Positions 1-10,632 of a stretch of DNA of 20,000 bases are shown piece by piece. Position numbers and translations under genes: made by a program. Location: the NCBI GenBank assembly GCA_051453625.1, contig JBOZIK010000001.1, forward strand, positions 48,446,442 to 48,466,441. The letters run 5' to 3'. A model generated the notes under the pieces. It did not search any database. It was not told the origin of the DNA and saw only the letters and a program-made list of their open reading frames with translations. How positions within the stretch are numbered: the first letter of the stretch is position 1; every line of letters begins with the position of its first letter. The DNA is from Welwitschia mirabilis (taxonomy: Eukaryota).

Positions 1-2400
1 AACATAAAGTCTGGGAAATTGACATGATAATAATATCTTTTACCGTGTCTTTTTCCTATGGCTATTTCTATTTTAGGCTCTTTGAATTTATAACAAATTT
101 CAAAGACTTGGAGTTTTAATAGTAATTTGGAAATAGTAGTGCATTAACATTTTAGAATTAATACTTCAATAATTAAATCATTAGTGGCTTCCATTTAATG
201 AACGTGCATAGGCTATTCAATTATCTAGGTTATGTTTACTTAGAACAAATTAACAATTAACATGGTTTCTTATCTTGGCTTGCATGGAAGATGGTTAACT
301 TGAGGAGCATAACCTATCATTTATGGTCTCAAATAAGTTATAAGAAAGAAATAAAAACAATTTCCAAAAGCTTGTGAAGGAATTGAATAAATTATTTGAG
401 ATGAATAATAATTTATAAGAAGCACAATTAGATATCTTTTAGACAAGTCAAATACCTATTTTCCACTTTTAGATAAAGATTACCTATGATATTATTAACA
501 AAAGTAAACAGATCTCTAAGAATCTAAATAAAACATAAAAACTTCAATTAGCTTATAATTCATGGAAGTAGAGAATTAAAAATATTTAGAAATGTTCAAC
601 ATTCCAAATATTTATATTTTTTTAATGATTTATAACTAACTAATACTTACCCATTAGTATATGTTAATAGCGTTTAGAATTTTCTTTACCTAGATGTGTT
701 ATTTATGATGTTCAAAATTCTTTTGAGCATATCCTCATTCATTTTAGAGTTGCTCATAATGCATGGAACTAGACTTCTTTCTTTTGTGATAATTTCGAGT
801 CAATAATCATACATATTATTTTTGGATATGCTTTCCAACTTTCTAATTCCTTTTTCTTGTCTCAATATTTTTTTTCTTTTTTGAAAGAAACAAGCATTAT
901 ATTAAACTAGAAAATTTACATAGGGGGGCAAACATGCCTTGACTTGAGAAGAATAAGAAACCTGATTGGCAGAAAAGAAAACTATCTTACTATAATCATA
1001 GAAACCTGTTATATACAAGGCAAAATTTGGGGCAAAAGCATCCCTAAGAACTACAAATAAGTAAGAGCTAGTAAAAATTGAAACTGAACTAAGAATAACT
1101 AGAAAAAATAGGGAATAAATATCTCGTAAAATTGGAGAAGACGTTGCCATGATGGTATTCAATCAGAAATCGTCCCATTTCATCTGCAAATACCTCAAAT
1201 GCTTGATTTACTTTCTTAAACTCCTTAGCCCCTATCTAGTTCTTATCTAGATGCAATCTAAGTTCCTTCTTTTGATAACTCAACTTAATGTCTTGCAGTT
1301 GAGATCTGTGTGAGATTCCCAAAGTTAAAAAAGCACATATTTTCAAATCATGGATCATAGCAAGTAAGAATTCTCTTTTCGTGTGGTCCATGTTAATGTC
1401 TTCATAAGGCTCTTGATTTCTCTCTTCTGAGGAGGAACCCGATGGAAATTTGATTCTTGATTTTGATTAGGACTACCTTCTATCTTCTGAGGAGAGGCCT
1501 CTTAGTTGTAACCTTGGGACCATTGCTCTTATTTTTGGGATTTAGTTGGGAATTTTTCTAAACTATCTCTTCTTACTCTCGGGGTGAATTCACCTTCTCT
1601 ATCTAAAATTCTTAGGACGAAGTCATCCATCTTTAAAAGTAGGGACTATCCCTCTTAGGATGAGGGGCTTCATCAGCTATAATCAGTTTCTTCGATTTTT
1701 TCTTAAAGGGGCTCTCTTGTGAGTTACATCACTAGGAGACAAAGGGAAGATCTCTTACCTTGTAGTCCCTTACAGCCTTCCAAAGAGCCATAATTAGTCT
1801 AGAGTATTTGTTATAAAGCTTAAATGAAGAAGTGAGGGAGGTTAACTTGATGTCATAGGTATAAATATTTGAGGAAGGCAAAATGCAGGATTGATAATAT
1901 TGAGCAATAGCCAAATTGTATGAAATAATGGTCAATCATCTTGGCCTCCAAACCCCATAAGAACAGGAGCACCTTACAACCAATATGGCCACTAAGCAAT
2001 TTTGGAACACTGCTCAAGAAGAAATGGGATGCCTTTCCCTGCCCTCTGCTCCTGAGAGGAATTCTTTTCCTTGTCACTGGAATGTCTAAAAGGTAGAAAT
2101 GAAGTCTTCTATTATCTCTAAGGGGATTCTTCTAAACATAGTTCTTTACCCTCTCCATCTTCTATAAAATGGGCCAAAATTAGTCTCTGGTTCTCCTTTC
2201 AGCTTATGCAAGAGAGATACCCATCCCAATGCATGCACCTTATCCCAGAGCTCAGGTCATCCTTCGAACAAGCTAGGGTCTATTGGTTCAATAATTGGAG
2301 TTGCTCCAATAGCTACCTTGATTTGCAAATGAGACCATTTAATCTTCTTAGCTGTATTTATAGGGAATGGGAGGGGGGGTACTATTGAATATCACTTTAT
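1..2400 (-). mobile_element. Heavily decayed L1-like LINE remnant (ORF1-like region, then ORF2 endonuclease/RT-like region running off the window start)
   Basis: Minus-strand fragments occur in L1 order: CTATAAATA promoter-like motif (~2355-2363); ORF1/DUF4283-like 'GIPFLLEQC...W.L*GAP' and 'LFLW...IDHYFIQFG' (~1900-2080); 'LQDIKL' resembling endonuclease LQETK (~1285-1302); 'FHAL' (~757-768); 'FTSFWK' (~360-380); 'TFIKWK' resembling AFIKGR (~188-205); 'LLKLQ' resembling KLD (~108-122). Every motif is degenerate and no long ORF remains. Confidence 0.4.
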
Positions 2401-3135
2401 TGCATGTACACCAAATCTGTTATAAAGTTAGTTAAATCCCATCTTTTTTACATGTCTCAGATACATTCTAGTCATTATAATAGCTTGACATGAATCAATT
2501 CAGAGCTCCACCTACATTGATGGAAAAGGTGTTGAGCATCTTCTTGACAAGATTGTCAGATCGTCTCAATCTATGTTTAACTTTTAGTCCTGTATAATAT
2601 TTAAAAGCTTCATTGCATAGTTAATTTTTATCATCTTAAATACAACTTTCACATTCCTAAAATAAATTTGAGATCTTATAAGATGTAGCTTATTAAATTC
2701 AGACGCAACTTGAAAAACTTTATATAAATGGGGAGTATTTGAAATAGTTACCCAACTCTTTCTTATTGTGGTTTTATTTCTTAGTTTTGTTTTTGCTCTG
2801 TGTTGTTTTCTGTTAAATTATTTTCTTGTGTATTAGTGGATTTGTTCAAATGAAATCCTTTCATTTGTATTGATAATTTTTTCTTTTAACAAAATAATTT
2901 TTTAAAGTCTTACACATCTTACTAATTATATTTATTAAAATTTTAATTATCTATATACTATTAAAAAATATTTAATACCCAAACCCATAATATTTATCAC
3001 ATTAGATAGAATAAGATTACATTTGTAAATACTAAAAATCACACATTATTATATTATATAAAACAAATGTGGTATGTTTTTATAAATTGTTATGCATTAA
3101 CCATTTATTATTTCACTAAAATTATTTAATGACAA

Positions 3136-4140
3136 TAGAAGATTACAATTCATGAATGTGATCTTTACATCAAGTTGATGTATCTTCCATCTTCTCTAAA
3201 CTACCTAAGAAACTAGAGTCTAAATAGTCTATTACTTGGTTATGGGAGCAAAGGCTTCTATGTAGCTAATACTTAAATATGTGTAAAACAGTTTGCTATT
3301 AATTTTACCTCGTGTCTACTGAGTATTCCATATAATGTATTTCTAAACATACATTTATTCTTTACCACTTTCTTATTAAGTAGTAAGTCTACCACTTTCC
3401 ATGTATGATTCTCAATAAAACATTTACATTTCATGCACATTATATGTTGTGATACTGGATGTTCATTTGTATACTTGAAATTTGCTAGTTCTAAACTAAA
3501 AGTAAGATTAAATATGAATAGGATGCTCCTCATCATTTCCTTTCCTAATCGATAAAAATTACTCCCACTATGAGTGTTAAATTTATCTGCTTCATTTGGT
3601 GAGATCTCCTTTAAAAGGTAACATTATTCATGACTTCTAACCAATGATATTATGCACAAGTATGTTCATGATATTACCACTTTTCTAGAGATGTCTTTAA
3701 CAAAATTATTTAAGGCAGAATCGATATTAAAATTATATCCTACACCATACTATGTTTTGACTACTAAACTGGTTGTTGGTATATAGAAGCTTGATCTCCT
3801 TGATGTTATCCTAATCCTTAACACTATCCTTGCCCTTGAGATAATTAGTTAGGCAAATAAGAAAAACAATGGTGAGGAGATTCATAGGCTTGCTATTGTG
3901 ACATTACATTGAGAGGGTCACTAACCTCTCTAAATAGTAGAACCCTTATATCACATTTGTTTAATAAGATTTCTTTCTACTTCAGATTATGGATACCTAC
4001 CTTATCACCTACGGTCATGAGCTCTTTCAAAGACTCTAAAACAATGACATCTATAGCAAATATGATTTTTCTCTTCTTTGAAAGTAAAATTTATACTCCT
4101 TAACATTTGTTCTATGCCCAACAAAAATGCTTGCTTTAGC
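3136..4140 (-). pseudogene. Ty1/Copia pol fragment: integrase C-terminus to reverse transcriptase N-terminus
   Basis: 'AKASIFVGHRTNVKEYKFY' (integrase GKGY region, ~4085-4140); ORF 3273-3536 'ENHTWKVVDLLLNKKVVKNKCMFR...RHEVKLIANCFTH' (Copia RT start, NxTWxLV...KARLVAKGFTQ); 'IHQLDVKITFMNCNL' (~3139-3183; consensus LHQMDVKTAFLNGDL). Contains stops and frameshifts. Confidence 0.8.
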
Positions 4141-5155
4141 ATGTGGTTCTACTTTATTACAAGGTCATAGAAAAATAAATGCATAACATCAAGATACAAA
4201 CACTCTAAAGTATCAAATACTATCGTCATGATTTGTCCATAGTTGATGCTCATTGTGCTTTGAATATATAAAACATATTTAATAACATGTCTTGAGCCAT
4301 CAAAAGTGAATTAGTTTGAAATATAAAAATACCAAGGCAACTAACAATTCTAGTATAGTGTCTTGAGAATGTCATTCTTCAAGGAAATGGGAATTGAGCA
4401 AACTTTACAATAAAAATTGTACAACAATAGCTAACTAAAAATGATTTAGAATAATAAACTAAAGCTAGCACCATGCATCACAATTATGAGATGAACTAAT
4501 AGGAATTATATTAATATTTTAAGCCTACCTATGCTTAAATATAAATAAATAAAATTCTTAATAAGTTCTTGTAAAGATAACTATGTAGCTTAATGGATAC
4601 CTTATAGGAAATAAAAAATCAAATAAATCTTCATTGAAGCTCATATTTGAGATGAAATTGATATCACAATCAATATTGTCAAGTCACTTTAACATTCGTA
4701 GTCCTCTCATGGTAGAAAAGAAACTTAATCAGCAAATTAATTACTAAGAACAAGGTTAAGAGCTATGTCTAGACATTATGAAATCATTATGAAAACTAGA
4801 ATCATAGCAATAAATCAAATACAATTATAAAAATATAGATATTCTTGGTTATTCAAAAGTTGCAATAACAATACTACTTAAAAATTAACTCTATTAAGCT
4901 AATTATATAGCTTGATAATGGACTAAGTCCTAAAAGACTATTTAGAACTCCATGGCTTACAAGAAGTGAATGAATTACAATGAATGCAAATTTTGATTTA
5001 ATATAGTATATCAAAAGGAGTAAAGATGACTTAAGAATATGATACATTTGAGGTAAATTCATTAGTTAGAAATGATTTTAATATTAAGAAGACCAATTCA
5101 ATTTAGTTAGATTACATCTTGATGATTACAAGATTAAGATTTTATTAAGGAGGAG
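4141..5155 (+). pseudogene. Very degenerate Ty1/Copia RT C-terminus/RNase H fragment, ending in a possible PPT
   Basis: Plus-strand motifs 'YFITRS...MHN' (~4150-4190), 'KEMGIEQ' (~4381), 'VLSW' (~4701), 'RAMS' (~4759), 'FEVNSLVR' resembling HIEVDxHFVR (~5047-5070), then purine tract AAGGAGGAG (~5147-5155). Confidence 0.45.
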
Positions 5156-5399
5156 TTTTCTAAAGTAGATAATCAAATCTCATTAATTAAATATTAGCAA
5201 ATTCAAAATATGTAGTCTTTAATAAGTTAATCATTCATGTAAAAGTTTAGATAAGGAAAAGTCCTAAGTGGTAACAAAGACGAATTGTCTCACTAGGTGT
5301 ATTAGTAAAGTATTAGATTTTGATAAGTAGCATTTGGGATCTTATTCCTTATGGCTTTATTACCTACAATTTAGTAGTTTTAATATTAGTTTTAGTATT

Positions 5400-7610
5400 A
5401 GAAACATGAAATTTCTCAAATAAGCATAAACATTAAATTATAATCACAAATAGACATGCTTAAGGGATAGAATACTAAAAATTAAATCAAAATCAAGGGT
5501 ATAATCATGCCTATTTTATCTCTTGTTAGCAAATCAACATGTATTTTTAACTCCTTTGTGATAAAGAATTCAATGTTTGGGCTAACGTATTAAGGGCCTC
5601 TTCCCATAAACGAGTAGGGAGTCCCTTGTAGATAAGTATGACTCTTGCCATGTCTAGAAGCATATGATTTAGTGATTAACTATACAATTCTACTATAGTG
5701 TATCTAAGATGGTTGTTTGGTGTTTGATTTCATGTTTCTCTAAAAATTCTAATGATCCTTTAGAGATGTATTTTCCTCCATTTTCTATGCATAATACTCT
5801 TGAATTTGAAATTTGACTTATTTTCGATGAACTTCTTAAATGTCAAAAAAGAATGCAAGGCTTATCACTTAGGTTTGAAGTAAATGATCATCTCTTTCTT
5901 GTGTAGTCATCTCTGAAAGTGACAGAGTAGTGATTCCCTCTAAATACCTCTATAAGTCCACATACATCAGAATGAACTAGCTATAACTTCTTCTTGAAAT
6001 TTTGGTAACACTTTTTGAATGGTAATCTTATAGTCTTATTTAAAATATAGGTTTTACATTTTATATTTTTTATTTGTAGATCCTGTAGAGTTCCTTTATG
6101 GTTACAGATCCTCTCTAATGACATGTGATTAAGTCATGCATTCCAAAAGATCCTCTTTAAGCTTTTGTGAATTCTTCATCTAAGAAAACATAGATTAGTA
6201 TATTTCCTCCTCAAACTTTCTTGAGACAACATTTCCCTCTTAATCTATTAGAGCTCGTGCATTTAGCCACATCAACTTATCTTAAAGACTACATCATAAG
6301 ATAGGATACCTTACTCTTCTTGATGTCTACTTTCCCATCTATTCCTATCATTTTAACATCAAATTCCTTCCTCACCAATGTGCTGAGTAATAATAGATTT
6401 TGCTTTAAACTAGAAATGTACAAGCTTCTTTCAACTAAAGTCCTGTTGCTTCATTTAAAGGTTGAGTTAACATTAATCAAATTCCCCTTATTGGCTCTAT
6501 ACTCTTGTTTCCATTCACAGTGTACAATAGAAGTAAATGTTCAAATTAAAGAAAATAATCCATTACACATGTCATACATTAAGTGACTCGTGTCTAATAC
6601 TAGTAGTTGATGATATTTGGTATTATAGAGTTGACATGATTCATCTCGACTTGTACTTAAGGATTAGATTTAAAAGATCCTAAGAAGTCTCATTTACGAT
6701 ACTCATAGGAACATGGGGCTCTTTTCACAATTATTACGAGAATTAAACTCCTTCTTTGTATCTTTCGTCTAATGTGATTAACTTTTTTTTTAATTTTTTT
6801 CTCTCTCCTTTTTTTTTTAATTTGGGGATCTATCAAATAGACTTCTACACTTTGAAGCTATGTGACCCTTCTTACTACATATGTTTCTTTACCACTTACT
6901 TTTCTTCTTGTCTTTCTTCAAGCTCTCCTCATAACTTACATTCTTTTAGTACTCTTTATCCTGATTGAATCTTCTATTATTTTTATCTTGACGAACCCTT
7001 TAATTTTTCTTTTTGATATTATTTCTATAGTAATCTTTGTCCCCTTAGCATCAACACTGCACCATGTACCATCATTATACTATGTATTAAGATCAACTAG
7101 AATTTGCCCTTAGATTCTTAATGTACAAGACCTTTAACATGCTATCTACTATTTATATCATGATAATTTGGTCATAGTTACATATTTCTTAAGCATTTTT
7201 ATAAGAAGAACCTAAGCAATACACCATTTATTATACTTTTTTGAGAATCTCTTTGATACCTTATAGCTCAATTATGACTTTTAAGGGTTTTCTCTTCTCC
7301 ATTTGAAGATTGTTGATACTATTCAATAGATAAAAGAACTCTATGTTTAACTTTTTACTACATTCTATTTTAAATGTCTTTATAATTTTTTATGCATTAT
7401 CACATTGTTGCACCATCTTATGATGATGTTCATCCATGGTTAAAAGAATAGCAAATGCTAAAATTTCATTACTGACAATCTAATATTGAAATTCATCTCA
7501 TTTGAAGGATGTCAACTTGATGAGCTTGGCTCCTATGTGGTTGTTAATCTTTAGCTATTATTTATACATCTATTTAGATTTGACTACTAAGATGAATTGA
7601 TTATCCCATT
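5400..7610 (-). mobile_element. Older Ty1/Copia element, gag-protease-integrase part (host of the Sirevirus insertion), decayed
   Basis: Zinc knuckle 'CSKKGHIASKCRS' (~6840-6880); protease-like 'VLDT' (~6590); GAG-pre-integrase 'WNA*LNHMS' (~6118-6145); 'LVHSDVCGL' (~5955-5981); 'VTFRDDYTRK' (~5895-5925); 'LNHMLLDMARVILIYKGLPTRLWEEALNT' (~5586-5675). Confidence 0.85.
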
Positions 7611-8729
7611 TAGCGGATCTACAAACCCTAGAGGGGGGGTGGTTAAATGGGTTTTGCAAAATAAAATTACCCTTATGAACAGTCACATGAAAATAATAAT
7701 ATATATGAAACAGAAACAAGATGATATCAGATGAATTTTAATGAATAAAAGCACAAGAAAATAACTAAAATGAAAATACCCAAGAAGTACGCCAGACAAA
7801 CGATTTATAGTGGTTTAAGAAAAACTCCTACTCCACTCTTGGCTCTCAACTTCAACCTTAATTTGATCTAGATCCTTTTTGTTTTCTTTCTAGGTTTCCA
7901 GGTTAACTTCTAACCTTTATAAGTGGACTTTTGAGGCTCAGTTTCAATCTCTATAGAGCAAAGCTTTTGATGAGAATAGTATGCTTGAATGCACTAGATT
8001 CACCAGATTTGAAGTACAACAAAAATAGAATACACTACTAGAAAAAAAAGTTCACAAGTGCAAGCTCAGACAATGCAATGGATTGTTTTTTGACCAATAA
8101 ATATCAATAGTACAAATGTGCTTTTCTTTTTGAAAATAGTTGGTATCAAATATTTACATTCTTTTGCCTTATATAGGAGACAGAGTTTTACATTAAAAAA
8201 TAAATGTGATACTTCAATAGCTATGTATAACAAAGTTAATTGCTAGAAAATGTTCTAAGAAGTTCTATTTCCGCTACAACCAATCGACACCTTGAAATGT
8301 TCAGTTGACCTAATTTGTCGCCATTACTGAAGTCGGTTAACCCCACTTTCTTCCAGTTGATCTGATTATCTTATCTCACATGGTCCAATCGACCCCATCC
8401 GTCATTTGGTTGACTGCCATTATCCAAGTCTGGTCAACCTCTTATAGAGTCCAATTGACCTCACTTAAGTTTTAATAGTCTTCTTTGTCCAAGATCTAGT
8501 CAATCCCTCATTAGATCCAATCGACTACTTTTGTCTGGTTCCAATTGATCCCTTATAGAGTCCGATCGAACCCTCATCAATTTCAATAGTTTTTTGAGTA
8601 AGAGTGAGATTTGAGAAAAATATTAATTCACTTCTAACCTACAAAACTTTATTAACCTAAAATGTGTGTAACATATTAATCTATAACAAGTATGTTAGTT
8701 TGACATCAATTTGACAATATAACTTAACA
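7611..8729 (-). repeat. 3' LTR of the Sirevirus (1119 bp)
   Basis: Aligns with 15354-16984. On the minus strand it begins TGTTAAGTT right after the PPT and ends ...CCACCCCCCCTCTAGGGTTTGTAGATCCGCTA (terminal CA decayed to TA). Confidence 0.92.
8169..8175 (-). promoter_or_regulatory. LTR TATA box (TATATAA; the 5' LTR copy reads TATTTAA at 16424-16430)
   Basis: Minus strand reads CTCCTATATAAGGC, downstream of the palindrome cluster, at the homologous position in both LTRs. Confidence 0.7.
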
Positions 8730-8742
8730 ATCTTCCCCTTTG
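8730..8742 (-). other. Polypurine tract (PPT)
   Basis: Minus strand reads CAAAGGGGAAGAT immediately before the TG of the 3' LTR. A second PPT-like copy (TTGATGTCAAAAGGGAAAGA) lies at ~9111-9130. Confidence 0.85.
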
Positions 8743-9178
8743 ACATTGATGGAAAACTACATTTGATTAGACTTAAGATTATTAATTTGATAGACACTTT
8801 TGTAAAGACGACTCCTAATGATTTCCTATAAAAAATCTTTATATATTACCAAGTAATAAAACATTTATTATTTATTAACATTTGTTACTAATCACAAAAT
8901 CAAGATTAGAGACATTTTGATAATCATTTTGTAAGTAATAGAATATTCATTGCTTTTAATAAAGGTATTACAATTGATCATTACAAAAATAATAAAAGTA
9001 GTTTCTGATTTAGCAAAACATAAAATAACCATATAATATCAACACGAGATAATACTAGTGTAAGAAGAGATAACAACAATGCACCAAGAGACAATAGTAG
9101 TGTAATATTTTCTTTCCCTTTTGACATCAATACCTGAGGAGAAAAACAAAGAGATAAGAGAGATAGAGAGATAACAAC

Positions 9179-10234
9179 TCAATCTAACTCCTCCTCCTCT
9201 TTAGATTCTTCTTCAGATTTAAGGTCATCATCATCATCATCATCTTCTTCTTCTTCTACTTTATGCTGAGAACTGTGAGCCTCTTTTGAAGTATCTACAA
9301 TCTCATAACTTGCTGCAATGAAGCCTCTTTCATGTGATGGAGACGAGAATCTAGTCTTTTGTGATAAGAAAGAATTTCATTAAGAGATGCCTTCTTGAGA
9401 GAATGCAATTTTGAGGATTCCTTTATGCTAGAAAAGATATGCATACGAGAGAGAATGGCATGCCCTATTGAAGACATTGGGGTTAAATATTCAAGCTTTG
9501 GATGAAACTAAACTCTAAAGTGCTGAAAACTTTTAGTAATGAGGACAGAATAAGAAAGAGCCCTGGTTTTATAATATACAAGCTAAATGGTTATATTCTT
9601 TAAGATAGTAAGAGAAGCATCAGTACTATGATGAGTTCCAATGAAATACAAGAGATGATCTTTGTAGTTGGAGGTCTCATCACAATGACCAGTAAGGGGT
9701 AAAATGTTATAAGTAAGACGAGATGCAAAAACCTATATTTTGGAATGAAATAAGATGTAGTAAGTGTGGTCTTCTGGCAAATAAATTTTCCATATATTTC
9801 CTTGATAATTTCAACATTGTCCTCCATGGAATCCTCCAAAGGCCAAAACTCCCTGTAGTCCCCCTTGAGGAGATTTATGACTAAAGATATCAAATCTAGG
9901 GTAATATTCATGCGCCTTCAAACACAAGAGTGGAAAAGGTGGGGGAATCAAAATTATAGGTTTCATTTGCATAAAACATGCATGTAAGGAAAGGGTATGT
10001 TAGATTAGATATATTAAGAAAATAAGATAGATCTAGCTCATTGAGAAGTCTTACCACATCACAAAGCTCTTTGTGTTTCCCAGAAGCAATCGGGTGCTCT
10101 TCATAAACAGGTTTCTTCTCAAAATTCTCTGTGAATCTTTCGATGGCCTCATCCGACATTCTTGAGTAGAAATAAGATGGATCTCTTCTAGCTAGCATCT
10201 TCTGATGTGTTCTTCTAGAGGACTCCTCAACCAT
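9179..10234 (-). pseudogene. Sirevirus env-like / extra ORF (about 350 codons, frameshifted)
   Basis: Lies between the pol stop and the PPT in sense orientation. Pieces are ORFs 9908-10234, 9600-9911 and 9295-9477. Contains 'YPFLTCMFYAN' (YPxLVxxFYAN motif typical of plant retroelement env-like/'putative plant transposon protein' ORFs) and 'YRFLHLVLLITFYP'. Acidic tail EEEEDDDDDDDLKSEEESKEEEELD ends at TGA (9179-9181). Confidence 0.8.
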
Positions 10235-10344
10235 TTTATAAGTGTGGCCCTTGCTAAAGACAAAAGAAAATGGAGGAAACTGACAAAGGAATGAGAGTGA
10301 CTGATGGAAGACAGGTGGAAATGAGAAAAGTAGGGTTCCAAAAT

Positions 10345-10625
10345 CTTTTATAAGAGGGGCAAAATAAGTTGATTTTGATTAAAAAATTAGGTCTACCGCC
10401 TTTTTCCTGCTTAAAACCCTATAAGTCTAGTCAACTAGATACAGGTCTGATCAACCCGTTGAGGCATGGATCAATTTTTCTTCAAGTCCAATCAACTGGA
10501 ACTTCAGCCTAGTCAATCTGACTTGAATCAAATTCACCTATAATAGGTTCGGGTGACTAGGATAAAATCCAGTCAACCCAACTTCTTTAAATCTAGTTAA
10601 TAGAATTTAAAAGTTAGTTGACCGT
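10345..10625 (-). promoter_or_regulatory. Internal cluster of palindromic repeated motifs plus TATA-like box upstream of the env-like ORF
   Basis: Degenerate GTCGAC cores at 10430, 10450, 10470, 10491, 10512, 10532, 10552, 10572, 10596 and 10617. Minus-strand CTCTTATAAAAG at ~10345-10356, about 115 bp before the ATG at 10234. Confidence 0.7.
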
Positions 10626-10632
10626 TATGCTT

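Noticed and set aside
2525..2566. Minus-strand 'DDLTILSRR' resembling the LINE RT active site (FADDL)
   Set aside because: It lacks the FA/YA residues and flanking RT motifs, and is out of order relative to the adjacent LINE remnant.
2600..3135. Very AT-rich stretch, possible MITE or host regulatory region
   Set aside because: No TIRs, TSD or coding motifs could be identified by eye.
6320..7113. Hydrophobic plus-strand ORFs resembling membrane proteins (also 14057-14290, 18861-19136, 19290-19520)
   Set aside because: They are antisense shadows of A-rich retroelement gag/pol sequence on the minus strand.
8141..8150. TGGTATCAAA as the PBS of a separate plus-strand element
   Set aside because: It is an internal part of both LTRs (also at 16396) with no plus-strand LTR end or gag nearby. 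It is reported instead as a PBS-complementary motif.
9225..9257. (TCA)n/(TCT)n microsatellite
   Set aside because: It encodes the D/E tail of the env-like ORF and is not an independent feature.
10425..10625. Regularly spaced palindromic repeats resembling a CRISPR array
   Set aside because: Units are ~10 bp, degenerate, with a 20-21 bp period, inside a plant retrotransposon with no cas genes. They are explained as Sirevirus repeated motifs.
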